Shown here piece after piece: positions 13,558-26,994 of a DNA stretch of 64,000 nt. Numbering within the stretch: position 1 is the first letter of the stretch; each line of letters opens with the position of its first letter. Where the stretch lies: positions 1 through 64,000 of the forward strand of contig ADNK01000824.1 in the NCBI GenBank assembly GCA_000320545.1, read 5' to 3'. The notes under the pieces were generated by a model. The model was not told where the DNA came from and did not search any database. It saw nothing but the letters and a program-made list of their open reading frames with translations. The stretch comes from Bigelowiella natans CCMP2755 (taxonomy: Eukaryota; Protista; Cercozoa). A program made the position numbers and the translations under genes.

Positions 13558-14133
13558 ATACCACAACTTTAACTACCTCGCCGCAAGGTCCGCTAAACTT
13601 TCGACTTGCGCGCTGCTCAGCGTGCCGACGGAACTGCGTCGTGTCCTTCAACATACGAATGCGCACATGGTTGGCCGACAACGTCGCCTCACCCGCCGAG
13701 GAGTCCCCAAATGCCATATCCACCACCCGTTGCGTGTAAGCGGTCATCATTTCTCTCACCCAGACCTCTCCTCTTCCCATCGTCAGGCCTACACGCACTT
13801 CCCCTGCAAATTCGTTGTCATACCTTTTTTTTGGAGGGTGGGCAAGGGGGGGGGAGGAGGGGGGGAGGGGGGTGGTTGGACCAAAGTTCGTCAGGATCAA
13901 TTGTAAGTTTTTAGCACGAATTTCGTTGAGATTCGCTCGTGTCGCAGGTTAGAAACTATCAGCGTTTTTCAGCCATGCGTTAGTAAGGAATGCAATGAGC
14001 CATTTGAAGACTAGATGAGTTTATAATTCTACTACTACTATGCTGCTGCTGCTGCTGCTGTTGCTACTACTTTTTGATATCGTGAAATCTTTCAGCAGGG
14101 ATATCAGCAGCAGCTGCAGCACCATCAGGAGCA

Positions 14134-14165
<32 letters not shown>

Positions 14166-15646
14166 ACTTTGTCTGCTTGGTTTATAGACCACGGTTGAGG
14201 AAGAAGACCTTTGATCCCTACTACTATTCCTACTAACACTTCTACTGCTGCTGCCCCTTAAGCTGTTGCTATGCTTGCCTCCCCCTTCCTTACTGCCAAC
14301 GCCACTGCTGCTTCTTGCCGTCCTTCCACCAGCCTTTGTTGTTGCTATTGTTGTCGGCGCCTCTATCGTCGTGTCTGCCTTCACTGGTTTCGATGAGGAG
14401 GGGGCTGTCGTGGTCGTTGACGACCTTCTCCTCGCAGCCTCAGCAGGATCAGCTTTTAGGTCCTCCTTGTAGGACGCCGCCATCGTTACCTTCCCTGTGT
14501 TTAGGTCACAGCATACATCCCACCAGGCCTCGCGTTGAGCAAAGATCGGGTTGGTCACCCCTGCAACGTACCTGTGACAGCGCAGTATTTTGTCGTGGTA
14601 AGCCGCTTTATTGACGACGAGGAGGAGGGAAGGGGTGGGGGGGGATGGCTCACAGCGAGCACTTCGCTTAGCTTGGATGAACACACGCACGCTATGATAG
14701 AACATGGCCGCAATGTGATAATAATACTAATAATACCGAATTCCCAACATTCAAACAGCGGTACAAACGACGATGTTAATTCGTCCTGCACCTTGGCTCT
14801 CTTGGCCACGTTTGATTCAAATTTGTTGTCTAAAGGCCAAAGAAAGCAGTACTCTCTTCATTATTCCCCCCCCCCCCCCCCCTCTTCAACTCGCTTACCC
14901 TTTGGTATTGAGGAGTGTGTCTAGATTTGTGAGACTGGTGTACGGGAACACACGGCGCTTTACCCCCGAAAGGGGCGGGCTGATGAGCAGGCAAGCGGCC
15001 AGCACATGCTCCACAACGTCCGAAGCTGGCAAGTTGTGGCCGATGAACAACACCTGTGCAGCACCAATCAATCAATAACTAGGCTCACATTGCGAGACCT
15101 CCGTTGTTGGTATCACGTCATCGAGTTACCAACGGCCTTTTCTTTTCCCCACATATTCCGAGAACAAGGATTCATCTTAATTCCCAAAATCCTGAGCCTA
15201 TTCTTCTCCTCCCCTCCCCACTATTATTCTCTCTGTCGTCGTTATGACCCTTCGTTCAAGCAACATAGCGTTGAATATCGTCATGAAATCTTTGTCAAAA
15301 CGCTGGAGCAGCACGAGCAAGCGTGCCTTTCCGATCTCGTCCTCTCCCACTACTGGGGGCACTGTCGTCACCACATCTTCTGACCGCCAACTAGAGAGGG
15401 AGGAGGATAGGTTAGGTTGCGCTTATTTAGTTTTGTTTTGTGCATGTGCATGTGCATGTGTGTGTGTGCGCGCGCGCGTGTGTGCGTGTCCTTCCGGGAC
15501 AGGGAGGGAGGGGGGGAGGGAGAGAAAGAGAAGCTGCTGCCACGCCATATGAAAAATGTAGGTACCTATCACCTTTTTTGGCACACCGCAAGCACCCTCC
15601 CCCCCCCCCCCTCTCTGTTTGCCTGTCACTGCTCGTCTCTATTTCG

Positions 15647-15686
<40 letters not shown>

Positions 15687-16083
15687 CACTTGTCTCAATC
15701 TATCACATACCGGATTTGCAGTTTCAAGTCAGGCATGGGTCGCATGTGTGCGGGTCGTAGCCTGGAAGCACGTATGAGCGCCTTCTGCACACCCGAGAGG
15801 CCCGTGTAGCGAGAGGGAATCACCATGGCGTTGATTCGCTCATAGAGCTCCTTGATAATGTCGCGGTCCATCTCGGGTGACGACTGTAAGGCGTAAGCAA
15901 AATGTTAAAAGAGAGAGAAATCGTTTGCCACCATAAAATTGAAAAAGAAGAAAAAGCAAAAGAAGAAGCGAGCACGCACATTACTACCCTCCCAATCTCT
16001 ATTTTTTCACAATAACATCACAACCATTGGCATTTCTTTGAACAATTAATGGTTATCGTTCTCGTCTTTAGCATAATCATTGT

Positions 16084-16125
<42 letters not shown>

Positions 16126-17164
16126 CTCTCTCTCTCTTCCTCCCACCAGCTACTTCCTCCTACTTTCACTACCTGTTGGAGCAGTTCCTCGAGGGCAAGG
16201 TTGATGACGGGCTCCAGTGCATGTATGAACGTGTGGGGCGAGCAGACGGCGACAGCCTTTGTCACTGACCCTCGCTTAACCTTATCGTCCTTTTTGGCCA
16301 GTAAGCAGCTGATGCAGTGCAGAAATGGCGGGGTCCTTTCTGAGGAGGACGAAGATACGGATGCGGTGCCCCCCCTTACCTGTGGGGTACAATCCATAAA
16401 ACAAATGGTTGGCTGTCAGATCTCGGTTCCGCATTCTGGATTGCGACACGAGCGATAGAGCGAGTCTTGAGATATATCCAAATACACGGCACAGGTTGAA
16501 ACCGCTGACGAAAAAAACCCATATAGGTAGGTACTAAGCTCTCACATTTCTACTATCATCAATTACTACGGAAACCTGTTCGTCCTTCGTATCAGCTTTA
16601 TCGGCGATCGAGTCCCCTTTCTGTTTAAAATCGTTACCATCTGTACTGTGTTGATGCTGAGGGAGCATAAAGACTGTCTTGTCTCTCAAGCGCGAATGGG
16701 AGCCCTCTGGTAGCATCGCCTCTGCCAGGAAGCTGTCGCTGGCGAAGCTCGGAGGCATACGCTGAAGTAGTTGTATAGGTGAGATAATCCCAACCACTTG
16801 TCGGTTGCTATGACCTAAACACATAAATCTCGCAGAACATGTACTAACTTCGGAGAAAAAATCTTCTTCGGCTGGTACGCTTCTTCTTTTTTCAATTCCT
16901 CCATCCTTCAGTACGATTCCTTACCCTGACTCTCCATACAATCTCTCTCTATCTGTTTCTCTCTCTCTTTATCCTCCCCCCTCTCTGACTTTCATGTGCA
17001 TTCTCGCTCGGGAATGTTGCTATTCTTCCCTGTGACGGCACCTTTGGGTGTTGGTAGCGCACAACCGAGCCCTCTAAGAGATCAAACTCCGCCAATACGC
17101 AGAACATCGCGTGCTTCTTGCTTCCATTTTGGCCTCCAGTGGAATTCTTCTCCGACCTCTCCAT
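12204..17164 (-). CDS. Afi1/MesA-family DENN-fold protein (uDENN plus SPA domain)
   Basis: FCVLAEFDLLEGSVVRYQHP; FLAEAMLPEGSHSRLRDKTVFML; KKDDKVKRGSVTKAVAVCS..ALEPVINLALE; YVAGVTNPIFAQREAWWDVCCDLNTGKV; QLLTLLPESQGGLYPIAICLLH. 3' end uncertain: the stop may be near 12716 or at 12204. Confidence 0.82.
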
Positions 17165-17682
17165 GATAACGCTAGGAGGGGACGATGCCTGCCGTCCTCC
17201 TCTCTGTTGCGCTTTGGCTCTTCTGCCTTAGAACACTCGAATTTCAACTTGGTCGGTCACTTCCCCGATGAATAATTGTCTGCATAATATTGCAATTAAC
17301 CTATATATTTTTCCTAAGCGTCAGGGAGAATTGATTGTCGTAGAGTTTTCTGTTCTATAATTGAATACAGCTCATGAAACTATTGCGTCTTCAATTCGGA
17401 GTTGTCTCGAAAATAAAATTGTGCTAAAAAAGAGATACTCTGGAGTTTTTTGCTTGCGACCACCTAGCACTTGTGTCTTTGAAAATTATTGGCATACTTT
17501 CCCTTTTGAAAACTCAGCAGCGCAGTATGAGGTATCACGAAAAAATACGATATGATCATGTCAAAAGGCTGAAAATATTGATGTCGTAGATGCGTAATAG
17601 ATTACATATACGATGTTCAACCTTAGTTTTTTGTTACCCTCCAGATCTCAATTTTCAATTCTGCGCTTGGTTCGGGGGGGAA

Positions 17683-19502
17683 ATGAGCAGCAGCCGGCCC
17701 TCGAGAAGGACGAAGAAGGTGGTGAACTATGCTCCAGACTCTGACGATAGCAGTGACGATGAACCTCTGGTACGCAAAGGAAGAGCGGTGGGAAAGAGGG
17801 AGGGGAATGGCTACTTGCGTGGTTTCAAGTTCCAAACAAAAGCATTTCTGAATGTTATAAGTCTCTGTGAGCCTAACTTTGTAGTTATTCAATGGGATGT
17901 TTTACGTGGGAAACATTAGAGTCACCGAGCAGAACTCTTCGTTTTTTATTTATAAACCTATCTAAATTCATAACTAACCCCAGGTGAATAAAAAAGTGAC
18001 GAAGAAGCCGAAGAAACCAGTCTATGCCGATGATAGCAGCAGTGATGATGAGCCACTCTTGGTAATGAAATATCTGTACTATATTTGGTTAATAATGCGC
18101 GTGTGCGGGTACCTGATTTCACCCCTAATCCCCAAGAAAAAGAACGGGCCAAAGAAGAAAGCAAAGAAGAGGAGCACAACCAAGTCGAAATCGGCCTCAA
18201 AATCAAAATCAAAATCATCGAAGAATAAGTCAAAATCGACCTCGTCAAAGAAAACGAAAAGGGGGACTAAGAAAGCGAAAAAGGAGACAAAGGCGCCAAA
18301 GTTCGAGAAAATGGGCCAAAAGAAAGAGACCCCTCCCGAAGCGAATCCCACGCGGATGTTCTATGAGAGTCTCTTCAAGGAAAAACCAGATAGTTTGATG
18401 GTGATTGTAATCTATTCCACTTGTCCTACCTGATACAAATGAAACTTCTACTCGCCCACACTTTCCATTTTTGTAGTTTCCATGTGTCTCTCTCATGAAG
18501 AAACACATACAAAACGCATCTCTCTAAACTTCATTTTTATGAAGCGCTAAATGATTGCCTCGCGACCGTTTTCGTTTTTGCTGCATGCATGATAAGTACG
18601 CTTCCATTCTTTTAGGCTATAAAGTATATGCTTTACTTCGGAGTCTTCAGCAAGGAGGACTGTGCTAAGTGGGACGAAAAATTAGATTCAACTGATAGAA
18701 AGCACACCGTCCAAAAAACAGGAGTTGCCAGTCCGGTAATGATGATAAGCAAAGTCATAAAACATTTCGCAACGATGATGATTATATCATTCACACTCAA
18801 ATCAATTTTGATCCTCCTCCTTTTTCTCATCCTCCGCTCGCTCGACCACCTTCCCTCTTTCTAGGGCCGTCGGGGAGCAGGGTCCAAACGGAAGGCGAGC
18901 ACAGCGGCGAAGAAAAACGTAAGATAAATGTGATGTAAATTGAGAGCGACAGCAGCATTCTGAGTGGTGGTGTCCTTTATCATCATCGAAAGGTGAAACG
19001 TCGACGTGTCAAAAAAGAGGAGGAAGATAGCGATGACGACAGCGATGACGAACCTTTGATAAAACCAGCACCTAAGAAAACAAAGAACAAGCCGAAAAGT
19101 AAGGCGACCCCGTCGTCCACATCATCATCATCATCATCCTCAAATGGTAGGGTGAAAAAAGAAAAAAAGGACAGTGACGATGATGATGACGACGAGGACG
19201 CGCCGTTGATAAAAAAACGCAAAGGATCCGCGAATAAGGTCGTAACAATATCACAAACGCAAACAATATGGAATGAGGGAGGGGAGGACTGGGTAGGATC
19301 TAGTGGGGAAAGAGCTTGTAAAGTAATACGATCTTCCTGTCTACAGAAAATTGTTGTCCCTGGCGATGACGATGACGACGACGACGACGATGACGACGAT
19401 GATGTTCCATTGACGAAAGTTAAATCTGAGAACAAGAAAGCGATGGATGAAGAAGATGATGATAGCTCAGACGACGACGAGCCACTTTTTAAGAAAAAGT
19501 GA
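17683..19502 (+). CDS. Lys/Asp-rich nuclear protein with a conserved uncharacterised domain (GQK..P...P.R.FYESL) and six DDxPL motifs
   Basis: Exons at about 17683-17769, 17984-18061, 18137-18400, 18616-18735, 18865-18918, 18993-19238, 19347-19502. MGQKKETPPEANPTRMFYESLFKEKPDSLMAIKYMLYFGVF resembles a domain in small plant/protist nuclear proteins. Confidence 0.75.
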
Positions 19503-20376
19503 TCTAGAAAGATAATTCTTTGACTGTTTTCGATGATGATTGACGATTTAAAGTGAGTTTGAGGAATGTTTACTGTACATTGTGACATCGCGTCGATGCG
19601 CCACGCAGCATGCAAGTGCTAGAGTGCATGGCAGACAAGTTGTCGTACACTGCTGTCCGTGCTTGCTGTCGTGCAGGCTGATGTTGCGATGCGTAGAAAA
19701 CATTCATTTCCGTGTCTCACTAGACGTTTAGCTAGCTAGGCTTGCATGCGCATGCATTTGCGCGACGAATTTGCTGCCGACAGTTTCCACATAAGAAACT
19801 AAGTACATGTAGTTCCTATGCACACGTGTCTCTATCTCAACTAGCTTGCATGCCTGATTCACACATCAGTTCTTTCGCTTCCCACCATGGTTCACATGTG
19901 TGGCATGCTTTTTGCATTGGTACATGAGTACACACATGCATCCATGCTAGCATGTGAACTGTCACAAATGGTTCCTGAGCGCACATTGTGTTCCTGCTCC
20001 TACATGTGTGCGTGCCTCTTAGCACACATCAATGCAATGCAACGCGTTGCGTTTGTTTGAACCGAAGCATGGTTTGAAATCTCGCATGTATGCATGCACG
20101 GCTAGATGGCTCCAGAGCCTAGAGATGTTCGTGTGTGCTTTGATGAATGTGGGTAGTTTTAAAGAGTTACACGCCACGTTTTGTAGCTAGCCCTACACGT
20201 GTTGAGCAACACTAGCAACAGCTGACGTGTAATGTAGCGAAATCATCAACGCTACTACGACACTTATTTGGCTTGTGCAAAATTAGCCCCTAGTGCTAGT
20301 TGTGCGAAAAAATGACCTAGCGTACACTGACTCCCACCAACATCTGTCCTCACACACAGGCTCGAATGGAACACAA

Positions 20377-21667
20377 TCAGGTGGTAGGAGGCAATGGAGG
20401 TGGACTCTGCTTGTATATTGAATTTTTGTCTGCGGTCTTTAGAGCAAACTTTGGATCTTGAAATACTGGAGGTTCCATGGTCACCGGGAGAACACTTACA
20501 TCCGTTATTGCTTTTACCTTTCGATTGCGCGTGAAATATGATAAATTGGATTGAAAGTCTAGACATCTTTCCTAAACGGCAAACCTCTTCTAGTGTCGGC
20601 CGATATCCTCCTTTGTTGGGCTTGAAATCAAGGAGCAAGACTAGGGTTGCAAGAGTTTCTTTGTTGGATAGTACCTAAATATAATTTAATCTAACTATTT
20701 TTTCCATCATCGACAAGGGAGTATAGTAAACCATCAACTTCCTGCAGTCCACTGGGTTTTTGATGTCGAAGTCGAAGTCAGCGTACAGAGATGCGTAGGA
20801 TTGAACGCATTCTCGTACCTGTCATCCAAAGTATTATTAGACATTGCGACCCTGTAAATGGTTATAATAACCTCTCCAGTTGGTGGGAAACAGTAGTAGG
20901 CTAAATACATTAGTTTCCACAGCTTCACCATGCTGCAAAGCAATGAAGATATCGGTTCGAATGATGGAATTTGAAACATATTTTAACGTATAATTTTTAA
21001 TTACCTTTCCTCGTATTTATTCTCTGTCAATTGCTTTAGTATTTGTACAAACAGCTCCTCATGCAAATCCGGATACTTTCGTGCTTGCTCCAGTGCTAGT
21101 ACATAAAGACTTCATCATGCTCTAATTTACGATGCTTACGCTTCACTGATACCTTCAAAACCAAGTGTAACTGGAAACGCGTGGAAAACCTATTCCCACC
21201 AATCAGATAAAGGCATGCGTGGATGATGCGAAAACTTAGGAAGCTACCTCGCCGCTATAGAAGAGAAGATTGCGGAACATGTGTTTGGCCACTTGCTTAG
21301 TTTCGTGATTAGACTGATAAAGCCTTGTGATTGAGTGCGGGATAGGTTGCGTTTGGAAAATCTGGGAAGCAAGTTGGACATAAGTTAAAAAACACAAAAA
21401 GGTGGAGGTGCCTACCAATTGATGAGTCTTATGGTATCCGCGGGAAAAGAAAACTTTTTTCAAATACTCTGATTTCGATCGGAGGATTGAAAGCTGGGCA
21501 AGTGGAAACAACCCCCTAACGAGAGAATATTAGTGCACGGAATGGATCACAAAAAAAGAATATACTTCAAGCTTCGGTAACGATCCATTTCTTGCTCCAG
21601 TGTATTTGACAAAGGAATATTTGAACTAATAATAATGTCCCGTAGACGTAAATTAATGTATGAACGG

Positions 21668-21708
<41 letters not shown>

Positions 21709-24700
21709 AAAATATTTAATATGATCCACGAATTCCAAGTCAAATAAAAAACTAGTGGTGAAGAAACGGTATGTAGAGGAGCAAGGATTAAGAAGACGAT
21801 TCAGAAGAAAAATTGCCATTGGAAAGAGAGAAGGAAAGAAGAGAGAAGGGAGATGAGCGAAAATATTTACCCTGTCCTTACTTGACTTCTTCGGATATTA
21901 TAAACACTCCCACGTTTTGCTTCAGAACTGATTTGTATCGAATCTGCAGGAGCTCTACCAAGAGCGCGCACTGGCTCGCCCAAAGACGATTTACTTTCAA
22001 GGTCGTCATTTGCCCTAAGAAAGGATTCCGCTTGAATTACTTCCGGCTGCTCTCGAAGCCACTTCGTGTTTGCGAATTGAACCAGGTATCTTAGCTTACA
22101 GTAAAAAGGATGCCGTGTTAAATATAACATACACACAGAGTACTCTTATACCACGATCATCAATCATTAGTACCTTCGGAATGTTACGGTCATCAAGGGC
22201 TTTTCGCAGCTTCAGGACAAGCAACTCTTGCTTGTTCATCATGTATCTGTGGAAAACGTTCAAATATGAGTAATCATTGAGAACATGCTAACACGGGCAC
22301 TCTGCGAAGGTCGCAAGACTTCTGTCCTCACCATCTTCCAATTTCATTGTATTGATCTCGTTATCTTCATCATCATCTGCAAACTTAATATATGCCTCTA
22401 TCGTTCTTAGACTCACGCTATGTGTCCTCCACGATCGATAAGCTCTTTCATCCTTTTCTAACAGTTTAGGATGAAATGAAATGAAACGTTTTAATCTAAG
22501 CTGAGACCGTGAATAATTTAATATGAAAGATTACCTGAGCCTGCAAATCAAGCTCCCCTACCTGCCGCAGTAACCCCTACACGGCCACTACTTCGTCAGG
22601 TGTTTGAAAGTGCATATGGAACTACGAAAGAACCTTAATATCAGTCGTGGAGACTTTTTCAATTGCCTTTTCCAGACTCGTATGAAGTTCTTTCTGTAAA
22701 GATGGCAGCAGATTTTGTGATTTTGTAAGCGGTATCAATGTGCAACCAAAACCATAACCGTACCTCGATAACGATAGCAGCTAGGATTTTCCTTGAAATT
22801 CTGGATGATTTATTCATCATTAGAATTGGTTATCTGGAGTTACAATTTTCCACACCTGACTTGCCTGTTACCAGGAGCTTCCTTTACTTCTGGCGCTTCG
22901 AGCAACTTGAAGTATAAACGCATATAAGCATAGGCGAAGTCTAAGAGAAATAGGGAACCTCTCGGAGAAGAGCCTCATTCCTTTTGCTTGCAGCTTCGTC
23001 AAGTCTTTCCGCCATATCTGAGGGACGGCATTCTTTATTTCTTGTGTACCAAAACCACCTATAACTTCTGTAGGTACCTGGATCAATCGGTACGTCTGGG
23101 CCACCTTCGATGCCGATCCCCTGCATCACAGCTTCAGTGGCTCTACAGACCAACAGAAATGATGAACAACTAGAAGAGGGGAATGGCAAGGGAGGACATT
23201 TACTTTTGCCTATTAGACTCTAGTTCTCGCTTCCTCTCCAGCACACGTAGGCGAGCACCGTCTAGTTGCTTAAGATTTTTCACCCGAACACCTACATAAT
23301 TCACTTATTAGGTTGATTGTTATCGTAAGTATAGATTATTCATACTCACCAAGTAAAGTTTCCTCCTCGATGGCAATATCCATCGCAGATTGCCTATTTT
23401 CTTCAGGATTTATTTGCAACCTTATTAGATACCTTTCCGCCCCATCGTCGTAGTCATCAACTTGCGCGATTCGCCCATTGAACTCCGAGTTGACAGACAA
23501 GCCGACTACAACTACAAAGGAACCCACAGGGTACAGCTCAAGGCCGACTTTAGTTTTTGTGATCAATTCATTCGCCTTTGCTTCTGCATCCCTCTTTATC
23601 TTATATTCTCTTTCTTCAGCCATCAAACGTTCTTTCTCCTGACGCAATTTTTCTTTTTCTTCATGGTCTTCGAGTAATCTTTCATTTTCCTCTACTTCAC
23701 GTATTTTCCTTGCCCTTTCAGCTTCCTCCGCTTGTCTCTCGTGTTCCAGCCACTCTAGACTTGCAATTTCCAACCTAGTGAAACCGAGAGTGCCCACCTT
23801 TGGAATGAGCTCTTCTTCCAGATATTTTTTCTCTTTCTTTTGCTGAGCCTCCAAAACTAAGCACGTCATCGTAGTCTAGAATATGATGTATATTATATTC
23901 TTGAAATGATGTGTGTTTCCAACAAAAATTATATGACCTTCAACAGATTTTCGGCTTCTTTAATTTCAGTTTCTTTGTTTCGGCTGCCGATGTATCTGAA
24001 CTTTTCCATAACCTCTTCTAATTTCGATACATCATCTATCGTGAGCTTCTCCCCACGACCTTGCATTTCCCGGAGACAGCTTTCAAGAAATAACATAAAT
24101 GAATTCAAAAGCGTAATGTATTATAATGACGACCTTTTGAAATCATAGATAACAGACAGTTCCGCTTCTAAACGAGCAAGCAACTTTCGAGCTTCGGCAA
24201 CCTCCTTCAAGTCTTTTGTTTGCTTATTTCCATCCTAAAATGTATCCACATTTTTTAACATTTGGTGTAAAACGGCAGAAAAATAAGATACCGCTAGTCT
24301 AATAGATTCCTGTAACTCTTTGACATCTTCATGCAATATTGCATTTTTAACCATATCCTGTGTTTAATCAGATGTAAGTACAAAGATTGCGTGAGTAGTA
24401 GAATGATTAACCTTGATTCTTGCGAATTCCGCTAGCTGAGCTACGAGATTGTCAGCACGACCTATGGAGCACATCTTCTCAGAAGTATCTTAAAAGAAAG
24501 ATCCAACCTCACCACATACCACGGGCTGATATCATCTTCTCAGATAAGTTTTGGGTTGGAAATTCCTTCACCAACGCTTCGACACTGCCCTTTGCAGCTA
24601 ACAAGGCTTGGATATCCTTCGCTTCACAAGCCTTTTGGATTAGAGTATACACCCGATCTTCGTTGTCAAGGAACTCTGCCAAGTCCCTCAGATTCTTTAC

Positions 24701-24821
24701 AAAATGAGGATTTGTTTCTTCAAGCTCCACATTATCCACATCCTTCATCACGGCTCTCAATTTTGGTAAATCGCGAGATCTCGCTGCATCTTGAGCTTTC
24801 CGGAAAACTTTAATCAAAATC

Positions 24822-24862
<41 letters not shown>

Positions 24863-25908
24863 GAACAGGTGTTTAAAACTCTAGCAATTAATTTTGAGAA
24901 AGAAATCGTTACACTTACAGATATCTCTTTCGGCATATCCACCTTCTAACAACACTTTGAATCAAAATAACTCGCCCTCTCATAGCTACCTGAGTAATTG
25001 TATAAAATGTTTGATTTTGCAGTTTCACTTCATTTTTGATAAATTATTACTTTCCACAGAGATGTAAGCGCCCGACGTACTCCAACTTTCATAAACATTT
25101 TAGTGCGGCCAAGTCTGTACCCGTCTAATGTCACATCCTTTTCCCCTTCCGCTATGACTGTGTCGTCGAATTTCTTGATACACTGAATTTGAAATTCGTC
25201 CAATGAGGAAAAGTGTCAACGCAATCTCGTTCCGAATTTACCGGCCATAATGTTCGCATCAAAGTTCCTGCATGCATTCTGCGAGAGAGAGAAGTACAAT
25301 TCGTGTGAAGGAAATTAATTATTAGTGGGCAAAAATGTTAACGATTAGTTACTTTAACGCCTGTTCAAATGAATCTCTGTCTTCGGTTGAAACATCCTTT
25401 TTCTCTTCTCCTTTCTTAGGAACGACTTTATTTTTTAAAGCATCAGGAAGCTTCAAAACCTTGTGGGATTCATAAATGGCTCCTAAAACCTCACTCACGA
25501 CTTCTCTTCTCGTACAAATTGTGTATTGTTGAACAAACTCAGAATGAAGCTGACGGTATGGATATCCCATTCTCCGCAGCTGAATAGCTTGCAGAAGGCC
25601 AGCATATTTGATTTGCCGCAACACAATCACACTATCGTAGCTGATGATACAAAAATACGCTAAAATGAGTGGTTATTTTGAAGGATACAGTTAGGTATAA
25701 CATGTTTGGCTGCTTATCAGGATTTGGCTTCAAACACCGCACGTAATGTGGCTCCTGGGAAAAGAAAATTAAATGTTAACAATGGTTTCAGCAGTAATCT
25801 CGTTAATACTTACAGCAGCTGAAAGAGCCGACATAAGACTCCCAAGAGCAGTGCGAAACTGCGAGGCAACCTTTCAAAATGTATTCCTTAAAATATTGTA
25901 TGGATGGA

Positions 25909-25939
<31 letters not shown>

Positions 25940-26950
25940 ATATCTGTTAAAATGATGGACTTTGTTTATGTAATGAACTTTGTTAAATCAATGGGCTTAC
26001 AGTTTTTGTTTTCGCAGTTAGCATTGATCTCTCTGAATGGAACCATATATACACAACTTTACGATCTTATCTAGAGTTTTTGGTAGAATTCACACTCCAT
26101 AAACATTACTTTTACTACTAGATTTTGGAGATTTGGTCTTTTTGAACATAGATCCCAAGTTTCCCAACCATTTTGATTTGCTTTTTTGTTCCTCATCGGA
26201 TGCCAATCGCTTTACCATCTTACTACCTGTAAGGATATTTATTAGTAGATGCTAATATAAGGGCTAGTAGACAATATACCTGATTGCTTTAGGCAAGTAA
26301 TGATGTCCAGAGAAAGAAAATCTGGAATATATGTCTACTTTAGGAAATTAAAAGTTGACATATACAGAAGACTAAATACCGTTATCTTTCTCGAGGAATT
26401 CATCAATTTGATATCGTACTGCTCCAGCATAATGCGTAACAATAAATGCCATAGGATCGCGCTTAATATGTTTGTAGAAATCGTTTGAACTAAGGCTATT
26501 ATGCATCCGTTCAATTAACGTTTTCGGGGAAAATTTTGGTAGTTTCACTTCCTCTGATAACATTGCAATAATTCCTATTTTTTTTCTTCTCGATCAAATC
26601 CACGCAGCCCTGGTTGTTCGGCTGATTATGTAAAGTGGAATTATATTGTGATGTATCACTAACTATAGAAACTTAGTCGGAAATTACAAATGACACGCCC
26701 TTGACGCTGACTCCTTGATTCTGATATTCCTTTAACTCTCCAAGAAAAACATGGTTGTTGAACAGGGACTGCAGCTTCTCATTTGCATAATTGATGCAAA
26801 ACTGCTCGAATGAATTAACCTGAAACACCTGATAACAGGTAGAAGTATGTTAGATTTTGTGGAAAAAGCTTCGAAGATTGACTCTTACCTCAAAGCCAAA
26901 TATATCCAGCACTCCAATACTGGTCGCCTTCTGTATCATTTATACAGAGT

Positions 26951-26994
<44 letters not shown>

